Source: a virus
Lineage: Duplodnaviria > Caudoviricetes
Reading direction: 5' to 3' (one strand)
DNA length: 64,000 bases
IMG/VR virus record: IMGVR_UViG_3300028485_000001
Coordinates: 21,360-85,359 of that record
This document shows, one piece after another, positions 1 through 8,184 of this stretch (positions within the stretch are counted from its first letter, which is position 1; the number at the start of each line of letters is the position of its first letter). Below the pieces are notes generated by a model. That model searched no databases and had not been told where the DNA came from. It worked only from the letters and a program-made list of their open reading frames with translations. A program made the position numbers and the translations under genes.

Positions 1-81
1 GGCGTGTGGGGCGGCATGACCGCCGACGAGCGCATCGCCGAGCGACGCAACCGCCAGCGGCGCGTCAAGGAGGTCGCGTGA
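1..81 (+). CDS. WhiB-family transcription factor, 3' end only
   Basis: Frame 1 reads GVWGGMTADERIAERRNRQRRVKEVA*. GVWGG followed by a basic tail is the WhiB C-terminal signature. The TGA overlaps the next ATG. Confidence 0.75.
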   Translation, partial: GVWGGMTADERIAERRNRQRRVKEVA

Positions 82-887
82 TGTTCCCCCACGGGACCCG
101 CGCCGGATACACCTACGGATGTCGGCAGTCGTGCTGTCGGGCAGCGGCCACCGCTGACGAGAACCGACGATCACGCCTCGCTGCCTACGGCCGCCCCACC
201 ACCAACCTCGTCGACGCTGAGCCCGTCCGACAGCACGTCCTACGGCTCAAAGCCGCTGGGTTCTCCGTCAAAGCGCTCGCCGAGCACACCGGAGTCGGAC
301 AGGCCAACATCCAGCGCTTGGTGTACGGGTACCCCTCGGCCAACCGAAAGCCCGCCAAGCGAATTCGCCCTGAGACCGCAGCCGCTCTGCTGGCCGCTCG
401 CGCAGACATGGACAGCTTGCCCGGATTCGCTCTGATCGACTCTGCTGGCACCCGTCGGCGGGCCATGTCCCTTGCGCTGCTCGGGCATTCGCTGAGCTGG
501 CAGGGGGCTCAAGTTGGTTACCGCAAGGAGCACTACCTGCGAGCTGTTGTTGCTGGCCCCACGGTGACGGCTGCGTTCGCTTGCAAGGTCCGTGGTCTCT
601 ATGACGCCTGGTGGGACCGCCCGTCGGAGTCGCCGCGAGCGGTGTGGGTGCGTCAGTGGGCTGAGCGCTCGGGTGCGCTGCCGCCAGCGGCCTGGGACGA
701 CGACTTGATCGATCTCCCGGAAGCCGACCTTCAAGCCGAGCTGTCCCGCCGTGTGGATGCGATGGACGACGCCGAGTTGCGTCGCTGCTCCAGCGCGTAC
801 AAGTCCGACGGGGACAGGACTCCGCTGATCTCCGCTGGTGCCCGTGAGTGGCGCCGACGTCTCGAATCCGACCGCGCCGCCGCCTGA
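81..887 (+). CDS. Phage HTH DNA-binding protein with N-terminal His/Cys motif
   Basis: ATG at 81 coupled to upstream TGA. HGTxxxYxxGCRxxCC, then HTH-like SVKALAEHTGVGQANIQRLVYG. Confidence 0.6.
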   Translation: MFPHGTRAGYTYGCRQSCCRAAATADENRRSRLAAYGRPTTNLVDAEPVRQHVLRLKAAGFSVKALAEHTGVGQANIQRLVYGYPSANRKPAKRIRPETAAALLAARADMDSLPGFALIDSAGTRRRAMSLALLGHSLSWQGAQVGYRKEHYLRAVVAGPTVTAAFACKVRGLYDAWWDRPSESPRAVWVRQWAERSGALPPAAWDDDLIDLPEADLQAELSRRVDAMDDAELRRCSSAYKSDGDRTPLISAGAREWRRRLESDRAAA

Positions 888-955
888 CCCTGTACCGCCC
901 GCCGTGGCTGCTGACCTGCTCCGGTCACGGCGGGCCCCAAGCCGAAGGAGACCCC

Positions 956-1243
956 ATGAAGTACCGCCTCAAGCCCCGCGACGTCGAAGCCGCCCAGTGG
1001 TCCATCGACCGTCCTGGTGACGTCATCGGAATGCTCGCGAACTGCGGCCTGGACTGGGAGCGAGACGGCGACAACCTGACCGTCGTGTGCATGGACAACA
1101 CCCGCTTCCCCATGGCCCCCACGTGCTGGGTGGTGGTCGACGAGGAAGAGGCCGGCGAAGAGGTCAAGGTCTACGCCGACGCCCGGTTCCGCGACCTGTT
1201 CGAGGCGCGCATCACGCGCGGCGCCACGCCCCTCGTGGGCTGA
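956..1243 (+). CDS. Hypothetical phage protein
   Basis: AAGGAG RBS, then ATG; MKYRLKPRDVEAAQW... Confidence 0.6.
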   Translation: MKYRLKPRDVEAAQWSIDRPGDVIGMLANCGLDWERDGDNLTVVCMDNTRFPMAPTCWVVVDEEEAGEEVKVYADARFRDLFEARITRGATPLVG

Positions 1244-1310
1244 CCCCGTTCCGCCCGCCGTGCCTATGGCGATCCGAAGACACGGCGGGCCCACCCCCCA
1301 AGGAGGGGAC

Positions 1311-1586
1311 ATGGACTTCAACGACTACAGCCAGATGCTCTACCCGGCGCCAACGCCGCCCTCTTTTACCGTTCGTCGGCAGCAGCGCTGGGTCATCCCC
1401 CAGTTCGCGACCCGGGGCACCACTTTGTGGACGCTCCAGCAGGCGATCACCGAAGCCAAAGCCGCCTACCACAGATCCTCGGAGCAGACGGGTGGGCCGA
1501 CCGCCGAAGACGCCATCACCGCCCGCATGGAAGGCGACGACCTGGTGGTCGCCTTCGAGTCGAGCAGCGGGGTGAGTGCGGAATGA
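1311..1586 (+). CDS. Hypothetical protein
   Basis: AAGGAGG RBS; MDFNDYSQMLYP... Confidence 0.55.
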   Translation: MDFNDYSQMLYPAPTPPSFTVRRQQRWVIPQFATRGTTLWTLQQAITEAKAAYHRSSEQTGGPTAEDAITARMEGDDLVVAFESSSGVSAE

Positions 1587-1939
1587 ACCACGCCCATCGC
1601 TACCTCGCCCAGCTCGCCAACGCCATCACCGACTGGGACGCCGCTCTCATTCGCCAGGCCGTGCTCGTCACCGCGCACCTGAACGGTGGTCGGGTGTCTG
1701 CGAACGACTTCCGCGACTACCTCCCCGAGGTCGCCCAGGGCTCGGTCGGGTTGATCATCCGGCAGCTCCCCACGCCCAAGCACGGCGCGCTCGTCCGCAA
1801 GGCCACCGTCCAGGGCCACCCGATCACCGTCCCCTCAACTGCCGAGTCCACGCACGGCAAGCCCCTCCAGGTGTGGGAGCTGACGCCCGCTGGGTGGGAT
1901 GCGGCGAAGGCGCTCATGGAAGGGCAGGTGGCGGCATGA
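1583..1939 (+). CDS. Hypothetical protein, possible winged helix
   Basis: ATGA overlap; MNHAHRYLAQ...STHGKPLQVWELT. Confidence 0.55.
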   Translation: MNHAHRYLAQLANAITDWDAALIRQAVLVTAHLNGGRVSANDFRDYLPEVAQGSVGLIIRQLPTPKHGALVRKATVQGHPITVPSTAESTHGKPLQVWELTPAGWDAAKALMEGQVAA

Positions 1940-2121
1940 CTCACGACTACGACCCGTTCCGCGCCCCCGCGACCACCAGCCAGTACGACCCCGACGCCGA
2001 ACACGACCAGGCGGTTCGGGAGAAGTTCGCCGCCGAACTCGCGGTCATGTTGGACGAGCACGGCCAGGACTACGCGGCGACGTTGGTCCGAGGAAACCCC
2101 ACCGACGGGCAGTGGCCATGA
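1936..2121 (+). CDS. Hypothetical protein
   Basis: ATGA overlap; MTHDYDPFRAP... Confidence 0.5.
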   Translation: MTHDYDPFRAPATTSQYDPDAEHDQAVREKFAAELAVMLDEHGQDYAATLVRGNPTDGQWP

Positions 2122-2168
2122 GGCACGCCGAAAAGCCCGCACAGCGGCGGGCTGATGCGAGCGGCCAG

Positions 2169-2390
2169 CTACTTCCTCGCGGGTTCGATCCCGTTGTCAC
2201 GCGCCACCTTGCGCACGTAGGCCGCAGTGAACGGGCTCGCGTTCACGACCTCTGTGGGCTTCACGCCGGCGCGCAGGGCGGTCAGCACGATCCCGATGGT
2301 TTCGTCGCGTGCTTCCTTGTGGGCCTTCTCGGTGCGGCGGTACTTGCGGGTGCTGCCCTCAAGGGCTTGGAGAGCTTCGTCCTTGTCCAT
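2169..2390 (-). CDS. Small coiled-coil/HTH regulator, leaderless
   Basis: MDKDEALQ...PTEVVNASPFTAAYVRKVARDNG. TACTCT lies 7 nt before the ATG. Homologous to 61643..61876. Confidence 0.7.
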   Translation of the reverse strand: MDKDEALQALEGSTRKYRRTEKAHKEARDETIGIVLTALRAGVKPTEVVNASPFTAAYVRKVARDNGIEPARK

Positions 2391-2482
2391 GCGCAACAGA
2401 GTAGCGCAACGGGCTTGCGCTAGTCCATGGCGATCGCTACTGTGATGCGTAACGGAGAAGCGCAACACAGAAGCGCAACTAG
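2391..2482. promoter_or_regulatory. Divergent promoters with GCGCAAC operator array
   Basis: + strand TTGCGC(2415)-N17-TACTGT(2438); - strand TGGACT-N18-TACTCT. GCGCAAC at 2391, 2404, 2460, 2473. Confidence 0.65.
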
Positions 2483-2502
2483 AGATCGTTCTGAGGAGCC
2501 AC

Positions 2503-2703
2503 ATGACCGACCACGAAGGATGCCGCGAGGAAGTCCGATCCGGGATGGCTGCACTGGGGATCGAGGCGACCGTCAGCACCGCTGAGCCGATCATCGTCGG
2601 CCGCTACCCCGCCCACGGCCACATCTGCCCGCACGGCACCACCTACTGGGTCGAGCCGACCAGTGAGCAGATCGCCCAGTGGCGCCGCGACGGCGTCCGC
2701 TGA
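2503..2703 (+). CDS. Hypothetical protein
   Basis: GAGGAG RBS; first gene after the promoter. Confidence 0.6.
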   Translation: MTDHEGCREEVRSGMAALGIEATVSTAEPIIVGRYPAHGHICPHGTTYWVEPTSEQIAQWRRDGVR

Positions 2704-2997
2704 CCACCCCCGCAGGGCAGCAGCCCAGCCGAACGAAGGAGATCCGCATGAGCAAGCCCGTCCGCGTCGAGCTGATCGTCGAACACGACACCGCCGACAC
2801 CATCACCGACATCGTCGAGATCGACCGCGCCGAGTGGGACGAGATGACCCCCACCGAGCGCGAGAAGTGGTGCACCCAGGAAGCCGAGGAGCTGCGCGCC
2901 AACGTGTGCAGCAGCGGCTTCCAGGTCCTCGACGGCATCGACATCGACACCTGACCACCCAAGCAAGACAGCCCAACCGAACGAAGGAGTTCGCATG
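2701..2997 (+). repeat. Intergenic direct repeat, two copies
   Basis: TGACCACC...CAGCCCA(G/A)CCGAACGAAGGAG..CGCATG at 2701-2750 and 2952-2997. Confidence 0.75.
2748..2954 (+). CDS. Hypothetical acidic protein
   Basis: AAGGAG RBS; MSKPVRVELIVEHD... Confidence 0.6.
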   Translation: MSKPVRVELIVEHDTADTITDIVEIDRAEWDEMTPTEREKWCTQEAEELRANVCSSGFQVLDGIDIDT

Positions 2998-3276
2998 GCC
3001 ACCCTCACCGCCGCGCAGACCGCCGTCCTCGCCGACGTCCGCCTCCGCCTCGACGCCGCCGGGCTCACCGACCACCAGATCACCCCGCCCACCACCACCG
3101 CCCGCTGGACCGCCCACGACACCCGCTGGGGCACCACCGTCTACGAGGAGATCCCCGACCGGCCCGGTCACGCGTACTGCGTCCTCGCGGGCGACGAGCC
3201 CGTCGACGACCCCCAGCCCGAGGACGCCGCGCACATCAGCGACCTGGAGCGGATGGGTTTCGTCCGCGCCGCCTGA
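2995..3276 (+). CDS. Hypothetical protein
   Basis: AAGGAG RBS; MATLTAAQTAVL... Confidence 0.6.
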   Translation: MATLTAAQTAVLADVRLRLDAAGLTDHQITPPTTTARWTAHDTRWGTTVYEEIPDRPGHAYCVLAGDEPVDDPQPEDAAHISDLERMGFVRAA

Positions 3277-3361
3277 CCCCACAGCCCACGCCGCCCTACG
3301 GGGGCGCACCGGATCACGACCGGACGCGGGCACGCAGAACCACCGACCGAAGGAGACGCGC

Positions 3362-3625
3362 ATGGACCTCCCGCACACCTACAACGACGCCGACGGCAAC
3401 ACCCTCAGCGTCGACGCCGAACGCATCACCCTCATCGACGCCTACCGCATGAGCGACGAGATGACCTCCCCCAAGGGCGAGGACGCTGTCGATCTCGCCG
3501 AGGCCATCCTCGCCTCCGGGGCTCCGGACCACGTCGTCATCGCCAAGGCGGACCTCGCCGACGGAATGCGCGCCGCCCTGCGAGCCAAGGCCACTCCGGC
3601 TAACGACGTCGAGGCCGCGAAGTGA
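3362..3625 (+). CDS. Hypothetical protein, paralogue of 4273..4680
   Basis: AAGGAG RBS; shares LP..Y.D and P.G.DAVDLA.A.L motifs. Confidence 0.6.
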   Translation: MDLPHTYNDADGNTLSVDAERITLIDAYRMSDEMTSPKGEDAVDLAEAILASGAPDHVVIAKADLADGMRAALRAKATPANDVEAAK

Positions 3626-3801
3626 AGGCCCGTCGCCTCCGCCGACGGATGACCCTCCTCGACCACGGCCACCAGTTCCGCATCACCGCAATCCGTCGGA
3701 GCTTCTGGCGTCGCACCGTGGCCGCTCGGGGGTTCTACGTCCCCTCCGGAGCGCCCGGCACCTACGTCCTCAGCCCGAAGCACGACGTGGAGACCCAATG
3801 A
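3622..3801 (+). CDS. Small basic hypothetical protein
   Basis: GTGA overlap; 59 aa VKARRLRRRMTLLDHG...; absent from the ORF track. Confidence 0.4.
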   Translation: MKARRLRRRMTLLDHGHQFRITAIRRSFWRRTVAARGFYVPSGAPGTYVLSPKHDVETQ

Positions 3802-3848
3802 ACCCCTACGAGATCCAGCCCGACCACGAAGACGCCTAGGAGGCGCAC

Positions 3849-4217
3849 ATGAGCACCACGACCACCGACACCCGCTGTTGGACCCTCAAGCACGCCAGCG
3901 GCCCCGACATCGGCGACTACTACGACGACGGCGAGGGTGCCCTCCACTTCCCCACCCCCGAGGCCGCCATCGCATGGCGCAACGACCAGGGCGACGGCGA
4001 CACCGAACCCGCCCGGTTCCCGTTCATCTGCCACGCCATCACCTGCGCCACCCCCGGGTGCGGCTACCGGCACGAGCAGGACTCCGACGACGCCACCGTC
4101 ACCCACTTCCCCAGCCGGGAGGAAGGCGTGAGGTGGGCGCTGGCCACTGGCTGGGGCGCCAGCCCGAACGGCCCGATCTGTTCCGGATGCGTCGAAGACG
4201 CCCGCCCTACCCCGTGA
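3849..4217 (+). CDS. Cys-rich hypothetical protein
   Basis: GGAGG RBS; CxxxxC and CSGC motifs. Confidence 0.55.
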   Translation: MSTTTTDTRCWTLKHASGPDIGDYYDDGEGALHFPTPEAAIAWRNDQGDGDTEPARFPFICHAITCATPGCGYRHEQDSDDATVTHFPSREEGVRWALATGWGASPNGPICSGCVEDARPTP

Positions 4218-4272
4218 CACAGCAGAGGACCGGGGCGTATACGCCGCCCCGGTCCCGCACCCACCGTACCGA

Positions 4273-4680
4273 ATGGAGACACCCGTGGAACTCCCGTACC
4301 GCTACACCGACGAGGACGCCGAGCTTGAAGTCTCCGCGACGGAGATCTCCCTCTACGAAGAGTCGGAACCGCGCGCATCACGGATCAACGCCCCCACCGG
4401 CCCTGACGCGGTCGACCTGGCCCGCGCGGTCCTCGACGCCGCCGGAAACACCGGGCACGAGGTCGTTGACAGCGCCGAACTGGCCGACACCGACCGCGAG
4501 CTCCGCATCGCCCGCCAGCAGGTCACCGACCTCCGCGACAAGGTGCGGGAGTTGGAGGGTGCGGTCCACGACCTCCGCGAGCGGGCCGCCGACCTGGTCG
4601 AGACCTCCGGTGACGCAACCGGCCTCGAAGCGATCGCCCACCGCGTCCGCAACCTGCCGCTGACCACCACCAACGCCTAG
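4273..4680 (+). CDS. Hypothetical coiled-coil protein
   Basis: ORF with C-terminal heptads; paralogue of 3362..3625. Confidence 0.55.
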   Translation: METPVELPYRYTDEDAELEVSATEISLYEESEPRASRINAPTGPDAVDLARAVLDAAGNTGHEVVDSAELADTDRELRIARQQVTDLRDKVRELEGAVHDLRERAADLVETSGDATGLEAIAHRVRNLPLTTTNA

Positions 4681-4689
4681 GAGACACCC

Positions 4690-5115
4690 GTGAGCACCGA
4701 CCCGTTTGCCACCTGGCCCACCACCGAGGCCGGCACCGCCGACCAGCTCGCCCGGTTCTACACCACCCGAGCGATGTGGCACTACGGCGCCGCCGAATCC
4801 AGCCACGACCGGCCCGTCCAGGAGCTCAAGGCCGCAACCGGCGCGTTCGTCGACGGACACACCATCGCGCACCTGCTGCGGGAATGGGCCAAGACCGACC
4901 CCGAGCGCGCCAACAAGGCCACCCGCGAGCTCCTGGAGGCCTACGAGCTGATGCCGGCGCCCCTGCACGACCTCCAGGAGTGGCTGACCGAGTACGGCGT
5001 CGCCCCGGACGAGGTGGTCAGCTCTGGCGTCCAGGCCGCCAAGGAGAGGCACCGCCAGGACGACGAGGCCCGCGCCGCTGCCCGCACGCCCCTCACCGCC
5101 GACACCGACGCCTAG
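4690..5115 (+). CDS. Hypothetical protein
   Basis: AGGAG RBS, GTG start. Confidence 0.6.
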   Translation: MSTDPFATWPTTEAGTADQLARFYTTRAMWHYGAAESSHDRPVQELKAATGAFVDGHTIAHLLREWAKTDPERANKATRELLEAYELMPAPLHDLQEWLTEYGVAPDEVVSSGVQAAKERHRQDDEARAAARTPLTADTDA

Positions 5116-5123
5116 GAGAGAAC

Positions 5124-5450
5124 GTGAGCACCAAGACCGCCGCCACCCGCACCCTCACCGTCGCGCAGATGCGCGCCGAAGCCCGCGCCCGGTACGGCCC
5201 CGACATCCGCACCTGGGCCTACCAGTGCCCCGCCTGCGGCCACGTCGCGACCGGCCCCGACATCGTCGAGTTCATCGCGAAGAACCCGGCGGCACTGCTC
5301 GGGGTCCACGGCACCCCCATCGACGCCGGTCAGGCCCTGGCCCAGCACTGCATCAACTGCTTCGCGGCTGCCTGCGACGCCGGAACCACCGTCGTCACCA
5401 CCCCCGAAGGTCAGAACATCCGCATCTTCGAGCTGGCACCCACCCCCTGA
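5124..5450 (+). CDS. Zn-binding hypothetical protein, VVA0879-like
   Basis: AGGAG RBS, GTG start; WAYQCPACGHVAT...QHCINC. Confidence 0.45.
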   Translation: MSTKTAATRTLTVAQMRAEARARYGPDIRTWAYQCPACGHVATGPDIVEFIAKNPAALLGVHGTPIDAGQALAQHCINCFAAACDAGTTVVTTPEGQNIRIFELAPTP

Positions 5451-5547
5451 CCCCCAGCCCGACCGGACCCACAGGGCAGCCGGGGACCGCGAGCAGGCCG
5501 CGGACGGGCGCCAGAACAGACCAGGACGAGACCCCCCAGGAGGGCAC

Positions 5548-6366
5548 ATGGACAACGAAGACCAGGTCAGCCAGCAGATGGAACGCCTCACCGTCGCCGC
5601 ACAGAACGTGATCACCCACTGGTCCGACACCCAGGTGCGCGGCCACCTCAAGGAGCACCCCGACTTCGTCGAGCACAGCCTCACGCTCATCGAGGACACG
5701 GCCCGCACCGTGCGCGCCGCCGTCAAGAAGGAGCGTCCCGACTGCGGCAACGTCGCCAGCGGGGAGCCCGAGAAGGACTTCGACAACCAGGTCGACGCCT
5801 ACCGGGCGCACACCTGCGACTGCGACTACTGCTACCAGCAGGAGGCCGAACCCGTCGCCGAGCCCATCTTCGAGTCCTTCGGTGCCCCCGCGCCGGAGTG
5901 GGAGCTTGGGCAGCCCTACGCCGGATGCAGCCGGAACGACCTCATCTACCTCCTCGGACTGGCTAAGGACGAAGCCACCGAGACCACCAACACGATCATC
6001 GCTGCCGCCGAAGCCGCCGCCAGCTCGGGCCCTGACGCCGCGGTCGCGATTATCGCCCAGTACGTCCTCGACAACGGAAACGTCCGCGAACCCACCGAAG
6101 CCACCGACGAACAGCTGGCCGCGCTGACCGCCTACCCCCACGGCCCCGACGGGCGCTTCAAGGAAGCGCTCAACCTCTGGCGCGTGACGTGGGACTTCAC
6201 CACCACCGGCTGCTCCAGCGCCCCCTCCGAGGACGATGTCACCACAGCCTCAGAGGTCATCCGCACTTCCATCCGCGTCGGCATCGAGCAGGAGCACATC
6301 CTCCAAGCCGCACGCGACGCCGGCGAAGCCCTCCGATCCGACATCGCCCACTTCCTGCCGAACTGA
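5548..6366 (+). CDS. Hypothetical protein
   Basis: AGGAGG RBS; 272 aa with CDCDYC motif. Confidence 0.55.
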   Translation: MDNEDQVSQQMERLTVAAQNVITHWSDTQVRGHLKEHPDFVEHSLTLIEDTARTVRAAVKKERPDCGNVASGEPEKDFDNQVDAYRAHTCDCDYCYQQEAEPVAEPIFESFGAPAPEWELGQPYAGCSRNDLIYLLGLAKDEATETTNTIIAAAEAAASSGPDAAVAIIAQYVLDNGNVREPTEATDEQLAALTAYPHGPDGRFKEALNLWRVTWDFTTTGCSSAPSEDDVTTASEVIRTSIRVGIEQEHILQAARDAGEALRSDIAHFLPN

Positions 6367-6376
6367 AGGACCCGAA

Positions 6377-7129
6377 ATGACCAGACAGCAAATCGAAACC
6401 ATGCACCAGATCAGCGACATCATGGACGCCGTCATCAACCAGATTCGCGCCCGCCAGAACCACACGCCCACCGGCGAACTCGACGGCGACATGACCATCG
6501 AAGCCCTTCCCAGCTGGTACGGCGACACCACCTTCCGCTCCAAGCTCGAAGCTGACTGGGCCGCCACCCTCGACACGTTCGGCATCGCCTGGGAGTACGA
6601 GCCCGAGACCATCACCCTCCCCTCTGGCACCGTGTACATCCCCGACTTCTGGCTGCCCCAGATCGGCACATGGCTGGAAGTCAAGGGCCCCGGCGTTCCC
6701 CGAATCGAGAAGGCCCACGAACTCGCCGCGGCCCGGGCCTGCTACTGCCAGGGGCGGTGCTCCTGCACCCATCACGGCGGCGAACTCGTCCTGATCGGAC
6801 ACATCCCGACCCCGCTCCAGCACCGCGACGACGACCGCTACTGGTCGGACTACTGGGAGCGCCGCCGTCACGACAACGAGCGCAAGCGCACCCCCGGCCA
6901 CCTGGCATGGACAGTCGCCCACGGACCCGAGGCGTACATGGCTACCTGCCAGCGATGCGGAGTCACCGGGTGGGCGCCGTTGCGCTATCCGGGCTGTAGG
7001 GCCTGCCGTAAGCGCTTCGACAACACCCCCGTGTACCGGTCCGGAGCGAAGGAGCTGTTCTTCGTGAACTCCGACGGACTTCCGCGACCAGAGGCGTCCG
7101 TTCCTGCTCCGGCGCCCGCCACCGCTTGA
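6377..7129 (+). CDS. PD-(D/E)XK nuclease-fold protein
   Basis: FRSKLEADWA...WEYEPE...YIPDFWLP...WLEVKG; C-terminal CxxC pairs. Confidence 0.7.
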   Translation: MTRQQIETMHQISDIMDAVINQIRARQNHTPTGELDGDMTIEALPSWYGDTTFRSKLEADWAATLDTFGIAWEYEPETITLPSGTVYIPDFWLPQIGTWLEVKGPGVPRIEKAHELAAARACYCQGRCSCTHHGGELVLIGHIPTPLQHRDDDRYWSDYWERRRHDNERKRTPGHLAWTVAHGPEAYMATCQRCGVTGWAPLRYPGCRACRKRFDNTPVYRSGAKELFFVNSDGLPRPEASVPAPAPATA

Positions 7130-7161
7130 CCCACCAACGACCACTACCAACCGGGGGAGCC

Positions 7162-8184
7162 ATGGGGGTGCGCCTGATGGTCGAGATCTACGACCACTGG
7201 AGCGACTTCGGGCTGACGTCCGGCGAACGCAGCGACCTGCTCGTCATCGCCGAGAACGCCAACGACAAGACCCGAGAGACGTTCGGCAGCATCCACGCGC
7301 CGTACATCCTCCACCGCGCCGGCGACAAGTCTCCGGCCGCGTGGAAGAACACCATCGGCAAGCTCATGAAGAAGGCGGCACTGGAGTACGCGGTCGAGGG
7401 TGGCAGGGAGGTTCGCGGTCACCCCGGCCAGACAGCCCGCTACCGGATCCCGCACCTGTGCCCGCTGCGTGATCACGACGGCTTGTGGGGTCAGTGCAAG
7501 CGGACCGAAGAATGGGTCACCCCTCAGGTGACCCATTCGGACCTAGGTAGTGATCGGACCGACGGAATGGGTCACTTCCCAGATGACCCATCCGACGGAA
7601 TGGGTCACCTGACAGATGCGGAATGGGTCACCTCTCAGGTGACCCCTACCCCTCCTACCCCTCTTACTACTTCCGCCGAAGCGGAAGCAGGGGACGCCGG
7701 GACTCTCTTCGACGTCGACAAGCCCAAGCCGAAACCGAAGAAGGCGCCCAAGCCCCCGACGTCCGCTCAGATCGAAGCCCGCAAGATCGCCAGCGGCTAC
7801 ATGAAGAAGTACGGCAACGGCTCCAGCCAGACCGAGACGGCCGTCCGCAAGATCGTCGAGACAACCATCAACAACGGAACCGACCGCGACACCGTCGCCT
7901 GGTCCGTGGACGCCATTGGGCGCACCGGAAAGTCCATCACCTCCTGGCGACTCACCGACACCATCGCCGACGTCCGCGCCCGCCGCGGTGACACCCCCGG
8001 CTCCATGGCGTCCCGCCGGACCGCCGCTGAGTGCTCGGAGCACTCCATGCCACTGGCGTGCTCCGCGTGCCTGGGCGACATCCGCGCCGGCGACGACGAG
8101 GTGCCCCGCCGCCTCCTTTCCACCTATGGCTCCGAGGTCCGCTGGGACCTCGCCGAACGACTCAACAAGGGAGAAGCCGCCTGA
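7162..8184 (+). CDS. Replication initiator (lambda O-like position)
   Basis: Directly upstream of and coupled to DnaB; contains internal iteron repeats; C-terminal CxxH/CxxC. Confidence 0.6.
   Translation: MGVRLMVEIYDHWSDFGLTSGERSDLLVIAENANDKTRETFGSIHAPYILHRAGDKSPAAWKNTIGKLMKKAALEYAVEGGREVRGHPGQTARYRIPHLCPLRDHDGLWGQCKRTEEWVTPQVTHSDLGSDRTDGMGHFPDDPSDGMGHLTDAEWVTSQVTPTPPTPLTTSAEAEAGDAGTLFDVDKPKPKPKKAPKPPTSAQIEARKIASGYMKKYGNGSSQTETAVRKIVETTINNGTDRDTVAWSVDAIGRTGKSITSWRLTDTIADVRARRGDTPGSMASRRTAAECSEHSMPLACSACLGDIRAGDDEVPRRLLSTYGSEVRWDLAERLNKGEAA
7510..7645. repeat. Iteron cluster, putative replication origin
   Basis: GAATGGGTCAC at 7510, 7565, 7598, 7621; perfect 10-bp inverted repeat 7511-7520/7528-7537. 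Confidence 0.7.

Noticed and set aside
3798-3839. 13-codon ORF MNPYEIQPDHEDA
   Set aside because: Coupled start and stop are suggestive, but it is too short to support without ribosome data.
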